Assembly (NCBI GenBank): GCA_965214705.1
Contig: OZ243972.1
Coordinates: 3,264,001 to 3,328,000, forward strand
DNA length: 64,000 nt
Origin: Alphaproteobacteria bacterium
Lineage (GTDB): Bacteria > Pseudomonadota > Alphaproteobacteria > UBA828
Reading direction: 5' to 3'
Shown: positions 32,109-42,047 of the stretch, piece by piece
How the letters are laid out: every line of letters starts with the position of its first letter
Numbering within the stretch: position 1 is the first letter of the stretch
Notes under the pieces: model-generated
What the model saw: the letters and a program-made list of their open reading frames with translations, nothing else
Database searches by the model: none
What the model was told of the DNA's origin: nothing
Position numbers and translations under genes: made by a program

Positions 32109-33347
32109 GTGACCGACACGGAGAGGATCACCACGCAGAAGGTTTGGAGCGTCGGCGAAATGCAGCGTCGCCTGCGCAACCTGCACGCGCTGATGGACGA
32201 GCGGTCGCTCGATGCCGTGATCCTGACCAGCCTTCACAACGTCCTCTACTACACCGGGTTCTTCTGCCCGCCCTTCGGCCGGCTGCACTCTGCGGTGATT
32301 CCGAGGAACGGCGAGCCCGCTCTCATCGTCTCCCTGATCGAGGACGTACGGCCCGAGCACTGCTGCTACTACGACGACATCCGCCTCTTCCATGACTGGG
32401 AGATGAGCCCGCTCGAAAACAACGTGCGGCTCTTCGACGAAGTGCTGCGCGACAACGGGATCGCGAGCGGCCGCCTGGGCTACGAGGAAGATTCCGTGTC
32501 GGTCGCCTTCAAGGCGATGATCGACAATGCGCTCGGCGGCTTCGAGTTCGCCGACGTGGCCTACGACACCATGCGCCAGCGTCTGGTCAAGTCGGAGGAG
32601 GAGATCGCCCTCATCCGGCAGGGCGTCAAGGTCTGCGAGGTCGGCGGCTACGCCGCGCTGGAGGCGTTGAAGCCGGGCGTGACCGAGGTCGAAATGGCGC
32701 GCGCCGCCAATTCCGCGATCGAGGATGAGCTCCGCCGGCGCTTCCCCGACATCGAGGTCGACAACGTCAACATGTGCTGGGTCCAGACCGGCCCCTATCG
32801 CAGCCGCGTCGGCCACATCATGAACGCGCACCGTGTGGTGCAGAAAGGCGAGATGATCAGCGTGAATCCCTACGCGATCATCGGCGGCTACTACCATGTC
32901 CTCGAACGCAGCCTCTATTGGGGGCACATCCCCGACGACGCGCTTGCGGTCTTCAAGACCAACGTCGAGGCGCATTATGCGGGGCTGCGCACGCTCCGCG
33001 CCGGCATCAAGTGCTCCGACGTCGACAAGGTGATCAACCCGATCTACCGCGAAGCGGGCCTGCTGGAGGGGCGCTCCTTCGGCACCGGCCACTCGGTCGG
33101 CATCATGTGCATCTGGTACGGGCGCGAGGAAGGGGGCGAGCTGCGCCAGTACAACGACACGGTGCTCGAAGAAAACATGGTCGTGACCATGGAGCCGATG
33201 GTTAACGTCGACGGTCTCGGCGGCTTCCGCCATCACGACATTTGCCGCATCACCGCCGACGGCATCGAGAACCTCAACACCTTCCCGCGCGGCGTCCTGT
33301 TGGCGCAGGACGACGGAAGCCTGGAGGAGCTTTGGCTGCCTTCCTAG
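32109..33347 (+). CDS. Creatinase-like amidinohydrolase (M24 fold)
   Basis: TSLHNVLYY...FGR, GYY..LER, RSFGTGHS.G....YGRE.G.ELR...DTVLE..MVVTMEPM and RHHD resemble creatine amidinohydrolase signatures. Confidence 0.8.
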   Translation: MTDTERITTQKVWSVGEMQRRLRNLHALMDERSLDAVILTSLHNVLYYTGFFCPPFGRLHSAVIPRNGEPALIVSLIEDVRPEHCCYYDDIRLFHDWEMSPLENNVRLFDEVLRDNGIASGRLGYEEDSVSVAFKAMIDNALGGFEFADVAYDTMRQRLVKSEEEIALIRQGVKVCEVGGYAALEALKPGVTEVEMARAANSAIEDELRRRFPDIEVDNVNMCWVQTGPYRSRVGHIMNAHRVVQKGEMISVNPYAIIGGYYHVLERSLYWGHIPDDALAVFKTNVEAHYAGLRTLRAGIKCSDVDKVINPIYREAGLLEGRSFGTGHSVGIMCIWYGREEGGELRQYNDTVLEENMVVTMEPMVNVDGLGGFRHHDICRITADGIENLNTFPRGVLLAQDDGSLEELWLPS

Positions 33348-33381
33348 ATTTGGCCGTAGGCCCGACGCAGCGAGCGGTGCG

Positions 33382-35442
33382 ATGACTGCCCGGCTTGCCG
33401 CGGACATCGGCGGTACCTTCACTGACCTGGTGCTGCTGGATCCCGGCGGTGGCGTGCATGTCGCAAAGACCCTGTCGACGCCGGGCGACTTCAAGGAAGG
33501 CGTGCTGAGCGGCGTCGAGAGAATCCTGTCGGATGCCGGAGAGGCAAGGGGCCAAGAAATTGCGCTCGCCGATGTCGACTACTTCGTGCATGGCGCGACC
33601 GTCGTGCTCAACGCACTGCTGGAGCGAAAGCTGCCGCAGGCTGCTCTGGTGACCACGGCGGGGTTTCGGGACGTGCTGGAGATCATGCGCACCAACAACC
33701 CGCGCATGTACGACCTCAAGTGGATCAAGCCGAAGCCCATCATCCCGCGCCATCTGCGCTTCGAGGTCGCCGAGCGCGTCCGTCACACCGGCGAGGCGCT
33801 GTGTGCGCTGGACGAGGCCGGCACCCGCGAGGTGGCCCGCCGGATCAAGGCGCTCGGCATCCACTCCGTCGCGCTCTGCTTCCTCCATGCCTATGCCAAC
33901 CCGGACCATGAGCGCCGCGCCCGAGAGATCATTCTGGAGGAGCACCCGGAGGCGCACGTCACCATCTCCTCCGATGTCGCGAGCGAGCTCAGGGAATTCG
34001 AGCGCACCTCGACGGTCGCGATCAACGCCAGCACGATCCCGATCATCTCGGCCTATCTGGACGGACTGTCGCAAGCGCTCATCGACCGGGGCCTGGAGCG
34101 GGAGCTCTTCGTGATGCAGTCGAACGGCGGCGTCATCACGAGCCGGACCGCCCGGTCGCTGCCGGTCCGCACCGTGATGTCGGGTCCGGCCGGAGGCGTC
34201 GTCGGCGCGCAGTTCATCGCGAACCGCATGGGCTTGCGCGACGTGGCGACCATCGACATCGGCGGCACCAGCAGCGACATGGGCGTCATATCCGACGGCC
34301 TGGCTCGGACCGTGGATCAGAGCGCGGTCGAGGGCTGGCCGATCATGGCGCCCACCATCGAGATCCTGGCGATCGGGGCCGGCGGCGGCAGCATCGCCTG
34401 GGTCGATTCAGGCGGCGCGCTGCGCGTGGGGCCGCAGAGCGCGGGCGCCCGGCCCGGCCCCGCCTGCTACGGCCTCGGCGGGAAAGAGCCCACCGTCTCC
34501 GATGCCTGCGTCACCCTCAACCGGCTGAACCCGGATTACTTCCTCGCAGGCGAGATGGTGCTCGACCGCGCGGCTGCCGAGCGCGCCATCCGCGAGCGGA
34601 TCGCCGAGCCCCTCGGAATGGAGATCGCCGAAGCCGCCGAAGGCATTCTCCGGGTCGTCACCGCCAACATGAACAAGGCAATCCGCTCGATCCTCATCGC
34701 GCGAGGCTTCGATATCCGCCAGTTCACGCTCATGGCGTTCGGCGGCGCGGGCGGCATGGTGGCAGGCGAGCTGCTGCGCATCGGCGACGTGCAGCGGCTG
34801 GTCGTGCCGAGCAATCCCGGCGCCGTCTCGGCCATCGGGATGCTGGCCACCGACCTCCGGCACGACTTCGCACAGTCTTCGGTGCAGTCGTTCGGCGAAG
34901 TCGAGTGGGGTGAAGTCCGGCATGCCCTGCGTCATCTTCGAACGCTCGGCGCGGAACGGCTCCAAGCCGACGGCGTGGATGAAGCGGCGATGCACTTCGG
35001 CGACGCGCTCGACCTGCGCTACGTCGGACAGGACTACTACCTCCGCGTCTACGTCGATATCGACGACCTCGACGGCGAGCGCATCCGGTCCGACTTCGAT
35101 CGGCTGCACGAGCACACCTACGGCTTCGCCAATCCGGAGTTCGAGGTCGAGATGGTCAACGCGCGGGTCTTCGCGATCGGCGCGTTCGAGCGGCCGCAGC
35201 TACCGGAGATCGATACCCGTCAAGCTCCTCACGGCCCGCTCACGCCGAAGGCGCGTCGTCCGGTGTTCTTCGACGGTGCGTTCGTGGAGACGGACATCTA
35301 CGATGTAACGGCGCTCTGCGCCGACGATGCCACCGCCGGTCCTTGCGTCATCGAGGACCCGCGCTCGACAATTGTCGTCATGCCGGGCCAGAGCGCCGCG
35401 GTCGATCGGTTTCGCAATCTATCGATCGAGGTCGCGGCTTAG
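33382..35442 (+). CDS. Hydantoinase/oxoprolinase subunit A (N-methylhydantoinase A-like)
   Basis: DIGGTFTD, EFERTST, MQSNGG, SGPAGG, DIGGTSSD, GAGGGS and GPQSAGARPGPACY motifs. Confidence 0.93.
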   Translation: MTARLAADIGGTFTDLVLLDPGGGVHVAKTLSTPGDFKEGVLSGVERILSDAGEARGQEIALADVDYFVHGATVVLNALLERKLPQAALVTTAGFRDVLEIMRTNNPRMYDLKWIKPKPIIPRHLRFEVAERVRHTGEALCALDEAGTREVARRIKALGIHSVALCFLHAYANPDHERRAREIILEEHPEAHVTISSDVASELREFERTSTVAINASTIPIISAYLDGLSQALIDRGLERELFVMQSNGGVITSRTARSLPVRTVMSGPAGGVVGAQFIANRMGLRDVATIDIGGTSSDMGVISDGLARTVDQSAVEGWPIMAPTIEILAIGAGGGSIAWVDSGGALRVGPQSAGARPGPACYGLGGKEPTVSDACVTLNRLNPDYFLAGEMVLDRAAAERAIRERIAEPLGMEIAEAAEGILRVVTANMNKAIRSILIARGFDIRQFTLMAFGGAGGMVAGELLRIGDVQRLVVPSNPGAVSAIGMLATDLRHDFAQSSVQSFGEVEWGEVRHALRHLRTLGAERLQADGVDEAAMHFGDALDLRYVGQDYYLRVYVDIDDLDGERIRSDFDRLHEHTYGFANPEFEVEMVNARVFAIGAFERPQLPEIDTRQAPHGPLTPKARRPVFFDGAFVETDIYDVTALCADDATAGPCVIEDPRSTIVVMPGQSAAVDRFRNLSIEVAA

Positions 35443-35472
35443 GCCGCGCGGCGTGCCGGATCAGGGGGCACC

Positions 35473-37296
35473 ATGGCCAAGGCAGTGCATCTCGTTGACG
35501 TGGCGCAGGTGGAAACGGTCGATCCGGTCACGCTCGAGGTCGTTCGCGCCGGGCTGCATTCGATCATCAGCGAGATGTCGATCACGCTGAACCGGACCTC
35601 CTATTCGACGATCCTCCGTGAGATCAACGACTACAGCTGCGTCCTGTTCGACAGCCGGGGCCGGCTCCTGGCCCAGGCCGAGGGCATCCCGATCTTCAAC
35701 GGCAGCATGAACTTCGTGGTCGATGCGGTGATCGAGAAGTTCCCGCTCACCGAGATGGAGGAGGGAGACATCTTCCTCTCCAACGATCCCTACACCGCCG
35801 GCGGTACGCACAAGAACGACATCAACGTCGTCATGCCGATCTTTTGGCAGGGCGCGCTGGTGATGCTGGCGGCCAACAAGGCGCATCACCTGGACATCGG
35901 CGGCAAGGACCCGGGCAGCTGGTCGGCGGATGCCCGCAACACCTATCAGGAGGGCCTCTGCCTTCCCGCTCTGAGGCTCGCGCGGCGCGGCGTGATGAAT
36001 GAGGAGCTGGTCGAGGTCCTGATGGCCAACCTGCGCACACCGACGCTCTCCCGTGGCGACTTCTCGGCTCAGATCGCGGCGCTGAAGACGGCGGAGCTCC
36101 GCACCCACGAGTGGCTGGAGAAGAATGGGGCCGATGCCCTGACCCGGACGGCGGACGCGCTGCTGGACCACGGCGAACGTGTCGTCCGTGCGGCGATCGA
36201 GCGGATTCCCGACGGCGTCTACAAGGCATCCGGCTTCGCAGATGGGGACGGCGTCTCCGACGAGCCCATCCCCATCGCGGTCACCGTCACGGTCGACGGC
36301 AGCGACATCCACATCGACTACGCTGGCAGCGGCGCCCAGCGAGAGGGCTCGGCGGGGAACGCCCATTGGGTCGTGACGGTGTCCATGACACGCCAGGCGA
36401 TGATGTTCTTCACCGACACCGCGCTCGGCGGCAACGAGGGCTCGTACCGGCCAATCCACATCTCCGCGCCGGCAGGTTGCGTCTTCAACCCCGAGTACCC
36501 CGCACCGGTGACGACCGGCATGGGCAACATGGGCACGCGGCTGATCGAGCTGATCTTTCAGGCGCTGGCCGACGTCATTCCCGAAGAGGTTATCGGCGGC
36601 ACTTTCGGCTGTTTCAGTTGCATGACCCTCGGCGGCAAGGACCCTGAAACAGACGGCGAGTTCGTGCACTTCGAGTGCTATTCCGGCGGCTGGGGCGGGC
36701 GCCATCATGCGGACGGAAACAGCGCGACCGTCTCGCTCGGCAGCGGCGATGCCTACAACATTCCGGTCGAGGTGATGGAGACCACCACGCCGATCCTGCT
36801 CTGCGAGAAGTTCGCCCTGCAGGAGGGCTCCGCCGGCGCCGGCAGGCATCGCGGCGGCTTCGGCACCGAGATCGACTACCGGATGATGGGCGAGGCCGAA
36901 CTCGCCATCGCCCTGGATCGCGAGACCTTCAAACCCTACGGTCTGTTCGGCGGGCTGGAAGGGCAAGGCAGCGAGCTCCTGGTCGAGCCCGGCACGCCGT
37001 CGGAAGAGTTCTACGTCCGCGCGAGCGGCGTGAAGGTGGCCGAGGGCGCGCTCGTCCGCCACCGGACGGCCGGAGGGGGCGGCTACGGCCCACCGGCCGA
37101 GCGCGACCCGGCCCTGGTTGCGGACGATTGCCTGAACGGACTGATCACCATTGAGGATGCGCGCGACCTTTATGGCGTGGCGATCGATCCCGGCACCTTC
37201 GCGCCGGACCTCGACGCCACGGCCGCTCTGCGACAGGCCCAGCGAGGACAGAGTGGGTGCTCGCCTCCGATTTCCGAGGGTGAGCGGACGCAGTGA
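35473..37296 (+). CDS. Hydantoinase B/oxoprolinase subunit B
   Basis: DPVTLEVV, RTSYS..LRE..DYSC, NDPY.AGGTH.ND, HHLDIGG, QEGL, GAGRHRGG and GGGGYGPP.ER motifs. Confidence 0.93.
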   Translation: MAKAVHLVDVAQVETVDPVTLEVVRAGLHSIISEMSITLNRTSYSTILREINDYSCVLFDSRGRLLAQAEGIPIFNGSMNFVVDAVIEKFPLTEMEEGDIFLSNDPYTAGGTHKNDINVVMPIFWQGALVMLAANKAHHLDIGGKDPGSWSADARNTYQEGLCLPALRLARRGVMNEELVEVLMANLRTPTLSRGDFSAQIAALKTAELRTHEWLEKNGADALTRTADALLDHGERVVRAAIERIPDGVYKASGFADGDGVSDEPIPIAVTVTVDGSDIHIDYAGSGAQREGSAGNAHWVVTVSMTRQAMMFFTDTALGGNEGSYRPIHISAPAGCVFNPEYPAPVTTGMGNMGTRLIELIFQALADVIPEEVIGGTFGCFSCMTLGGKDPETDGEFVHFECYSGGWGGRHHADGNSATVSLGSGDAYNIPVEVMETTTPILLCEKFALQEGSAGAGRHRGGFGTEIDYRMMGEAELAIALDRETFKPYGLFGGLEGQGSELLVEPGTPSEEFYVRASGVKVAEGALVRHRTAGGGGYGPPAERDPALVADDCLNGLITIEDARDLYGVAIDPGTFAPDLDATAALRQAQRGQSGCSPPISEGERTQ

Positions 37297-37329
37297 GTTG
37301 GCAACGCGAAGAAAGCTGAAAGGGAGGGC

Positions 37330-38433
37330 TTGATCATGTGGAAGTGGATTACAGGCGCTGTCGCGGCAGTCGCGATAAGCGCATTCGCCGTCTCGGCCTC
37401 GGAGGCGGCGTTCAAGCTGGAGGGCGAGCCCAAGGTCGCGATGCTCCAGCTTGCCACCGTCAACGACGGCGGCTGGTCGGAGGCGCTCGAGTACGCGCGG
37501 GTCAAGACCGAAGAGGCGCTGGGTATCGAGATCGCCTACACCGAGAACGTGCCCGAGGATAACTCGGAGATTCTCAGGACCATCGATCTCTACGTGAACC
37601 GGGGCCACAACGTCATCATCGGCACATCGTGGGGTTATGGCGACGCCTTCCTCGAAGCCGCCACCAAGTACCCCAACGTGGCCTTCGTGAACTGTGCCGG
37701 CGAGACCAACAATTCGGTGAACCTGGAGAGCTTCTACGCCCGCAGCTATCAGGGCTGGTATCTCGCCGGGATCGTCGCCGGCCATCTGACGCAGTCCAAG
37801 AAGGTCGGCACCATCGGCGGTTATCCGCTGGGCGTGGTGAACTGGGACCTCAACGCCTTCCTGCGCGGCGCGCAGTCGGTGGATCCCGCGATCGAGATGG
37901 TCGGCGTCTTCGTCAACACCTGGTACGACCCGGTGAAGGAGACGCAGGCGGCAGAGGCCCTGCTGGAGCAGGGCGTCGACGTGCTGGGTTCCAACATGAG
38001 CACGCCGGGGCCGCATCTCGCCTTCCAGGAGCAAGGCAAGTGGTCCGTCGGCTTCCAGATCGACGTGTCGGACCAGGCGCCGGATGCGGTGGCGACCTCG
38101 ATGATCTACAAGTGGGAGGCCTATTTCATCCCGACGATCTCTGCGATCATCGACGGCACCTGGGAGCCTGGTGAGTGGGGCTGGTGGGAAGGAATCGATA
38201 CCGGTCTCCTCGACGTCGATCCCATCGCGGACTGGGTGCCCGCGGCGGCGGTGGCGGACGTCGATGCGGCGCGCGCGGCGATGGTCGCGGGCACGCTCGA
38301 TCCGTTCCAGGGGCCACTCCATCGCCAGGACGGCTCGCTGGCGGTGCCCGAGGGCGAGGTCCTCTCCGACGACAACCTGTGGGGGATGAACTACTTCATC
38401 CAGGGCGCCATCGGCACCATGCCCGCGGAGTAA
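37330..38433 (+). CDS. BMP-family (nucleoside/purine-type) ABC substrate-binding protein
   Basis: Signal peptide, NDGGWS, ENVPE, IIGTSWGY, NAFLRGA and TWYDP motifs. Confidence 0.9.
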   Translation: MIMWKWITGAVAAVAISAFAVSASEAAFKLEGEPKVAMLQLATVNDGGWSEALEYARVKTEEALGIEIAYTENVPEDNSEILRTIDLYVNRGHNVIIGTSWGYGDAFLEAATKYPNVAFVNCAGETNNSVNLESFYARSYQGWYLAGIVAGHLTQSKKVGTIGGYPLGVVNWDLNAFLRGAQSVDPAIEMVGVFVNTWYDPVKETQAAEALLEQGVDVLGSNMSTPGPHLAFQEQGKWSVGFQIDVSDQAPDAVATSMIYKWEAYFIPTISAIIDGTWEPGEWGWWEGIDTGLLDVDPIADWVPAAAVADVDAARAAMVAGTLDPFQGPLHRQDGSLAVPEGEVLSDDNLWGMNYFIQGAIGTMPAE

Positions 38434-38479
38434 ACCCACCGGGCCGGTTACGGCCCGCACACAGTGCCGGCGTGACAGG

Positions 38480-39979
38480 GTGAGTCACGCCCTGGAAATC
38501 GCCGGCGCAAGCAAGGCGTTCGACGGCCGCCCGGCGCTCAGGCGGGCGTCGTTCGCCTGCGACTGGGGCGAGGTCCACGCCCTGCTTGGCGAGAACGGGG
38601 CCGGCAAGTCGACGCTGATGAACGTCGCTTGCGGGCTCTATGCCCCGGACGAGGGGTCGATCGCGGTCGACGGCCAGCCGGCCGCGATCACCGCGCCGGC
38701 CGACGCCGCCAGGCTCGGCATCGGCATGGTTCACCAGCACTACAAGCTGGTGAAGCGCTTCACCATTGCCGAGAACATCGTGCTCGCCTGCCGCAGCGCG
38801 CTCGGCGTGCGCCGCCCGCGGGACGCGGCCGAGGCGGTCGCGGCCAAGGCGGCGGAGGTCGGCTTCGATATCGACCCCAATGCTGTCGTCGGCGACCTTT
38901 CCATCGCCGAGCAGCAGCGAGTCGAAATCCTCAAGGTGCTGCTCCTCGGTGCCCGGATCCTCATCCTCGACGAGCCCACGTCGGTGCTAACCGATCAGGA
39001 GTCGGTCGCGGCCCTCACCTTCATGCGCCGCCTCGCCGAGGACGGCCACGCGGTCGTCCTTATCACCCACAAGCTGCGCGAGGTGATCGGCTATTCGTCG
39101 CGGGTGACGGTGATGCGCGGCGGCGAAACCGTGCTCGCCGGCGCCGAGACGGCGGGCCTGGACGCCGAGACGCTCGCCCGGACCATGGTGGGCGAGGAGG
39201 GCGAGGCGACCGAGCGCCACGCCCGGCAGCTCGGCGAGGTCCGGCTCCGGGTCGAGGAGCTTAGCGTGCGCGGCGCCGGCGGCATCGGTGTAGACGGTGT
39301 CGGCTTCGCCGTGCGCGGCGGGGAGATCTACGGGATCGCCGGCGTCGGCGGCAACGGGCAGCAGGAGCTCGCCGACGCGCTGACCGGGCTGCGCCCGCCC
39401 AGCCGTGGCCGCATCGCGATCGATGACGACGAAATCGCGGGCAGGGATGTCCCCGCCTTCCGCCGTCGCGGGATGCGCGCCGTGCCCGCCGACCGTTTCC
39501 GCACCGGCCTCCTGGCGGAGCTCGCGGTCTACGAGAACCACGGCGTGACGGGCGTGCCGGCCGGCGAGTACGGCAACCCGGCACTGGTTCGTCGCGGCGC
39601 CATGAAGGCGGCGGCAGCGGGCGCCATCGAGGCCTACAACATCCAGGGTGCGGCGCCCGCCACGCTCTCCAGGCTGCTTTCCGGCGGCAACGCCCAAAAG
39701 CTCCTGCTCGCACGCGAGCTCCGGGGCGAGGCCAGCGTGTTGGTCGCCCACTCACCCACCCGCGGCCTCGACGTGAGCGCCTGCCGCACCGTTCACGACC
39801 TGCTGCAGGGCGCGGCGGACGCGGGCACCGCCTGCGTCCTGATCAGCGAGGACCTGGAGGAGGTGCTCGCGCTGTCGACCACCATCGCCGTGATCAGCCG
39901 GGGCAGGCTGGTCGGCGAGTTCGCCGCAGGCGAGGTGAGCCGCGCCGAAATCGGCCGCCTGATGCTGGGTCACGCATGA
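38480..39979 (+). CDS. ABC transporter ATPase (two-domain, CUT2/nucleoside type)
   Basis: GENGAGKST, GMVHQH, LILDEPT, LSGGNAQK and PTRGLDV motifs. Confidence 0.93.
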   Translation: MSHALEIAGASKAFDGRPALRRASFACDWGEVHALLGENGAGKSTLMNVACGLYAPDEGSIAVDGQPAAITAPADAARLGIGMVHQHYKLVKRFTIAENIVLACRSALGVRRPRDAAEAVAAKAAEVGFDIDPNAVVGDLSIAEQQRVEILKVLLLGARILILDEPTSVLTDQESVAALTFMRRLAEDGHAVVLITHKLREVIGYSSRVTVMRGGETVLAGAETAGLDAETLARTMVGEEGEATERHARQLGEVRLRVEELSVRGAGGIGVDGVGFAVRGGEIYGIAGVGGNGQQELADALTGLRPPSRGRIAIDDDEIAGRDVPAFRRRGMRAVPADRFRTGLLAELAVYENHGVTGVPAGEYGNPALVRRGAMKAAAAGAIEAYNIQGAAPATLSRLLSGGNAQKLLLARELRGEASVLVAHSPTRGLDVSACRTVHDLLQGAADAGTACVLISEDLEEVLALSTTIAVISRGRLVGEFAAGEVSRAEIGRLMLGHA

Positions 39980-41061
39980 TGCTCAGCCTCAGCCCGATCT
40001 ACCTCGTGCCGCGTCAGCAGGCGCCGCTCTGGATGCGGGCGGCGACGTTCGTCGGCGGCATCGCGCTCGGCCTGCTCATCGCCTTCGGCATCCTCATCGC
40101 CTACGGCGTCTCCGCCGGGCAGATCATCAACGAGTTCATCGTCTACGTGTTCCTCGACCTGAACGGCCTCGCCCAGGTCGTGACCGCGTCGACGCCATTG
40201 GTGCTCGTCGGCCTCGCGGCGGCGGCGGCGCTCAAGCTCAGGTTCTGGAACATCGGCGTCGAGGGCCAGATGTGGCTGGGCTGCATCGCCGCGACCGGCG
40301 TCGCCCTCTTCGACATCGGCCCCGATTTCTTCCGCCTGCCGCTCATGTTCATCGCTGCCGCCGTCGCCGGCGCCTGCTGGATCGGCATCCCCGCCTTCCT
40401 CAAGCTCCGCTTTCGGGTCAACGAGATCATCACCTCGCTGCTGCTCACCTATGTCGCCTATCAGCTTGTCCAGCATCTGCTCTTCGGCCCGTGGCACGAC
40501 CCCGGCAGCGCCTTTCCCAACTCCCGGCACTATGACGAGGGGATCGAGCGCCTGGCACGGCTCGGCTGGGGCTCCTCCCACACCGGCATCTGGATCGCGT
40601 TGGGTTGCGGTGCCCTGCTCTGGTTCACCATGGCCCGCTCCAGGCTCGGCTTCTACATGGACGCGATCGGCGCCAATGTGGAGGCGGCGCGGGCGGCGGG
40701 CATCCCGGTCGTGCTCACCACCGCATTCGCCGCCGCCATGTCGGGCGGGCTCGCGGGCGTCGCCGGCGCGGGGCTCGCCGCCGGGCAGGAATACCGCATG
40801 ACCCTCTTCATCGCCGGCGGCTACACCTTCAGCGGCATCGTCATCGCCTTCATCGGGCGCTTCCGGCCGGTCCCCGTCATCGTCACGGCGTTCGTGGTGG
40901 GCGGTGTTTACACGGCCGGCGACACCCTCAAGGTGTTCTATCAACTGCCTGCGGCAATCACGACGCTGATCGAGGCGGTGATCCTCTTCACCTTCGTCGT
41001 CGTCGAGTTCTTCAGCCGCTACCGCCTCAGCTGGGGCGTGCGGGAGCGGGAGCACGCCTGA
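39976..41061 (+). CDS. ABC transporter permease
   Basis: WNIGVEGQ and NEIITSLLL motifs; multiple TM segments. Confidence 0.92.
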   Translation: MMLSLSPIYLVPRQQAPLWMRAATFVGGIALGLLIAFGILIAYGVSAGQIINEFIVYVFLDLNGLAQVVTASTPLVLVGLAAAAALKLRFWNIGVEGQMWLGCIAATGVALFDIGPDFFRLPLMFIAAAVAGACWIGIPAFLKLRFRVNEIITSLLLTYVAYQLVQHLLFGPWHDPGSAFPNSRHYDEGIERLARLGWGSSHTGIWIALGCGALLWFTMARSRLGFYMDAIGANVEAARAAGIPVVLTTAFAAAMSGGLAGVAGAGLAAGQEYRMTLFIAGGYTFSGIVIAFIGRFRPVPVIVTAFVVGGVYTAGDTLKVFYQLPAAITTLIEAVILFTFVVVEFFSRYRLSWGVREREHA

Positions 41062-41990
41062 TGGCGGCCGATTTCGTGCAGAACTGGCTCGCCACCACGC
41101 CGGGCTTCGCCACGCCCTACCTGCTCGCCGCACTCGGCCTGATCATCAACGAGCGGGCCGGCGTCCTCAATCTCGGTTGCGAGGGCATGATGCTGGTGGG
41201 CGCGATGGTGGGCGCGGTCGTGAGCTTCAACACCGGGCTCGCCGGCGCCGGCGTGCCCGTCGCCATGCTGGCGGGCGCCCTGGTGGGTCTCGTCTTCGGC
41301 ATCGCCGTCGTCGTCTTCCGCACCGATCAGGTGCTGACCGGGCTCATCATCGTGGCCCTTGGCGACGGGCTGACCGGGGTCGTCGGCCGGCCCTACATGT
41401 TCGAGAAGGTGGCGGGCTTCCGCGATCTCGATCTCGGCGTGCTCAGCGACATCCCGTGGCTCGGCCCGATCGTCTTCCAGCAGGACATCCTGGTCTACGC
41501 CGCTGCGGCGCTTGCCATCGCGGTGTGGTGGGGCCTCGACCGCTCGGACGCGGGGCTCAGGCTCCGCGCCGTCGGCGAGGACCCCGCGACGGCCGATGTC
41601 GCCGGCGTCAACGTCCAGCTCTTCCGTATTGCCGCCGTCATGCTGGGGGGCGCGCTCTGCGGAATCGCCGGGGCCTACCTGTCGCTCGCCTCCAGCTTCG
41701 TCTGGACCGAGCACATGGTCGCCGGACGCGGCTGGATCGTCATCGCACTCGTCATCTTTTCCGGCTGGCGACCGGGGCGCGCGGTGATCGGCGCGCTGAT
41801 CTTCGGCGGCGCGGAGGCACTGATCCCGCGCGTCCAGGCGATCGGCCTGGACGTGCCCATCTATATCGTCGGCATGCTGCCCTACGTGCTGACGCTCGCG
41901 GTGCTGATCGTGCCCACGATCCTGCGCGGCGAGCGTTCGCCCGCGCCGAGCGGGCTTCTGCTCAACTACCTGCGCCAGGACAGGCGCTAG
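41061..41990 (+). CDS. ABC transporter permease
   Basis: ERAGVLNLGCEGMML, LRAVGEDP, AGRGWI.IALVIF and LPYVLTL motifs. Confidence 0.92.
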   Translation: MAADFVQNWLATTPGFATPYLLAALGLIINERAGVLNLGCEGMMLVGAMVGAVVSFNTGLAGAGVPVAMLAGALVGLVFGIAVVVFRTDQVLTGLIIVALGDGLTGVVGRPYMFEKVAGFRDLDLGVLSDIPWLGPIVFQQDILVYAAAALAIAVWWGLDRSDAGLRLRAVGEDPATADVAGVNVQLFRIAAVMLGGALCGIAGAYLSLASSFVWTEHMVAGRGWIVIALVIFSGWRPGRAVIGALIFGGAEALIPRVQAIGLDVPIYIVGMLPYVLTLAVLIVPTILRGERSPAPSGLLLNYLRQDRR

Positions 41991-42047
41991 ACTGTCGCCA
42001 AGAAGAAACGGCGATCATCGACATCGACATCGAATGGGAGGCTAGAC

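Noticed and set aside
35461-38460. 999-aa minus-strand ORF, and similar long ORFs such as 21851-24514, 10036-12015, 24716-26557, 43554-45851, 51111-52997 and 59069-60967
   Set aside because: They lie antisense to well-supported genes, are rich in Arg/His/Gly and have no recognisable motifs. Such shadow ORFs are expected in high-GC DNA.
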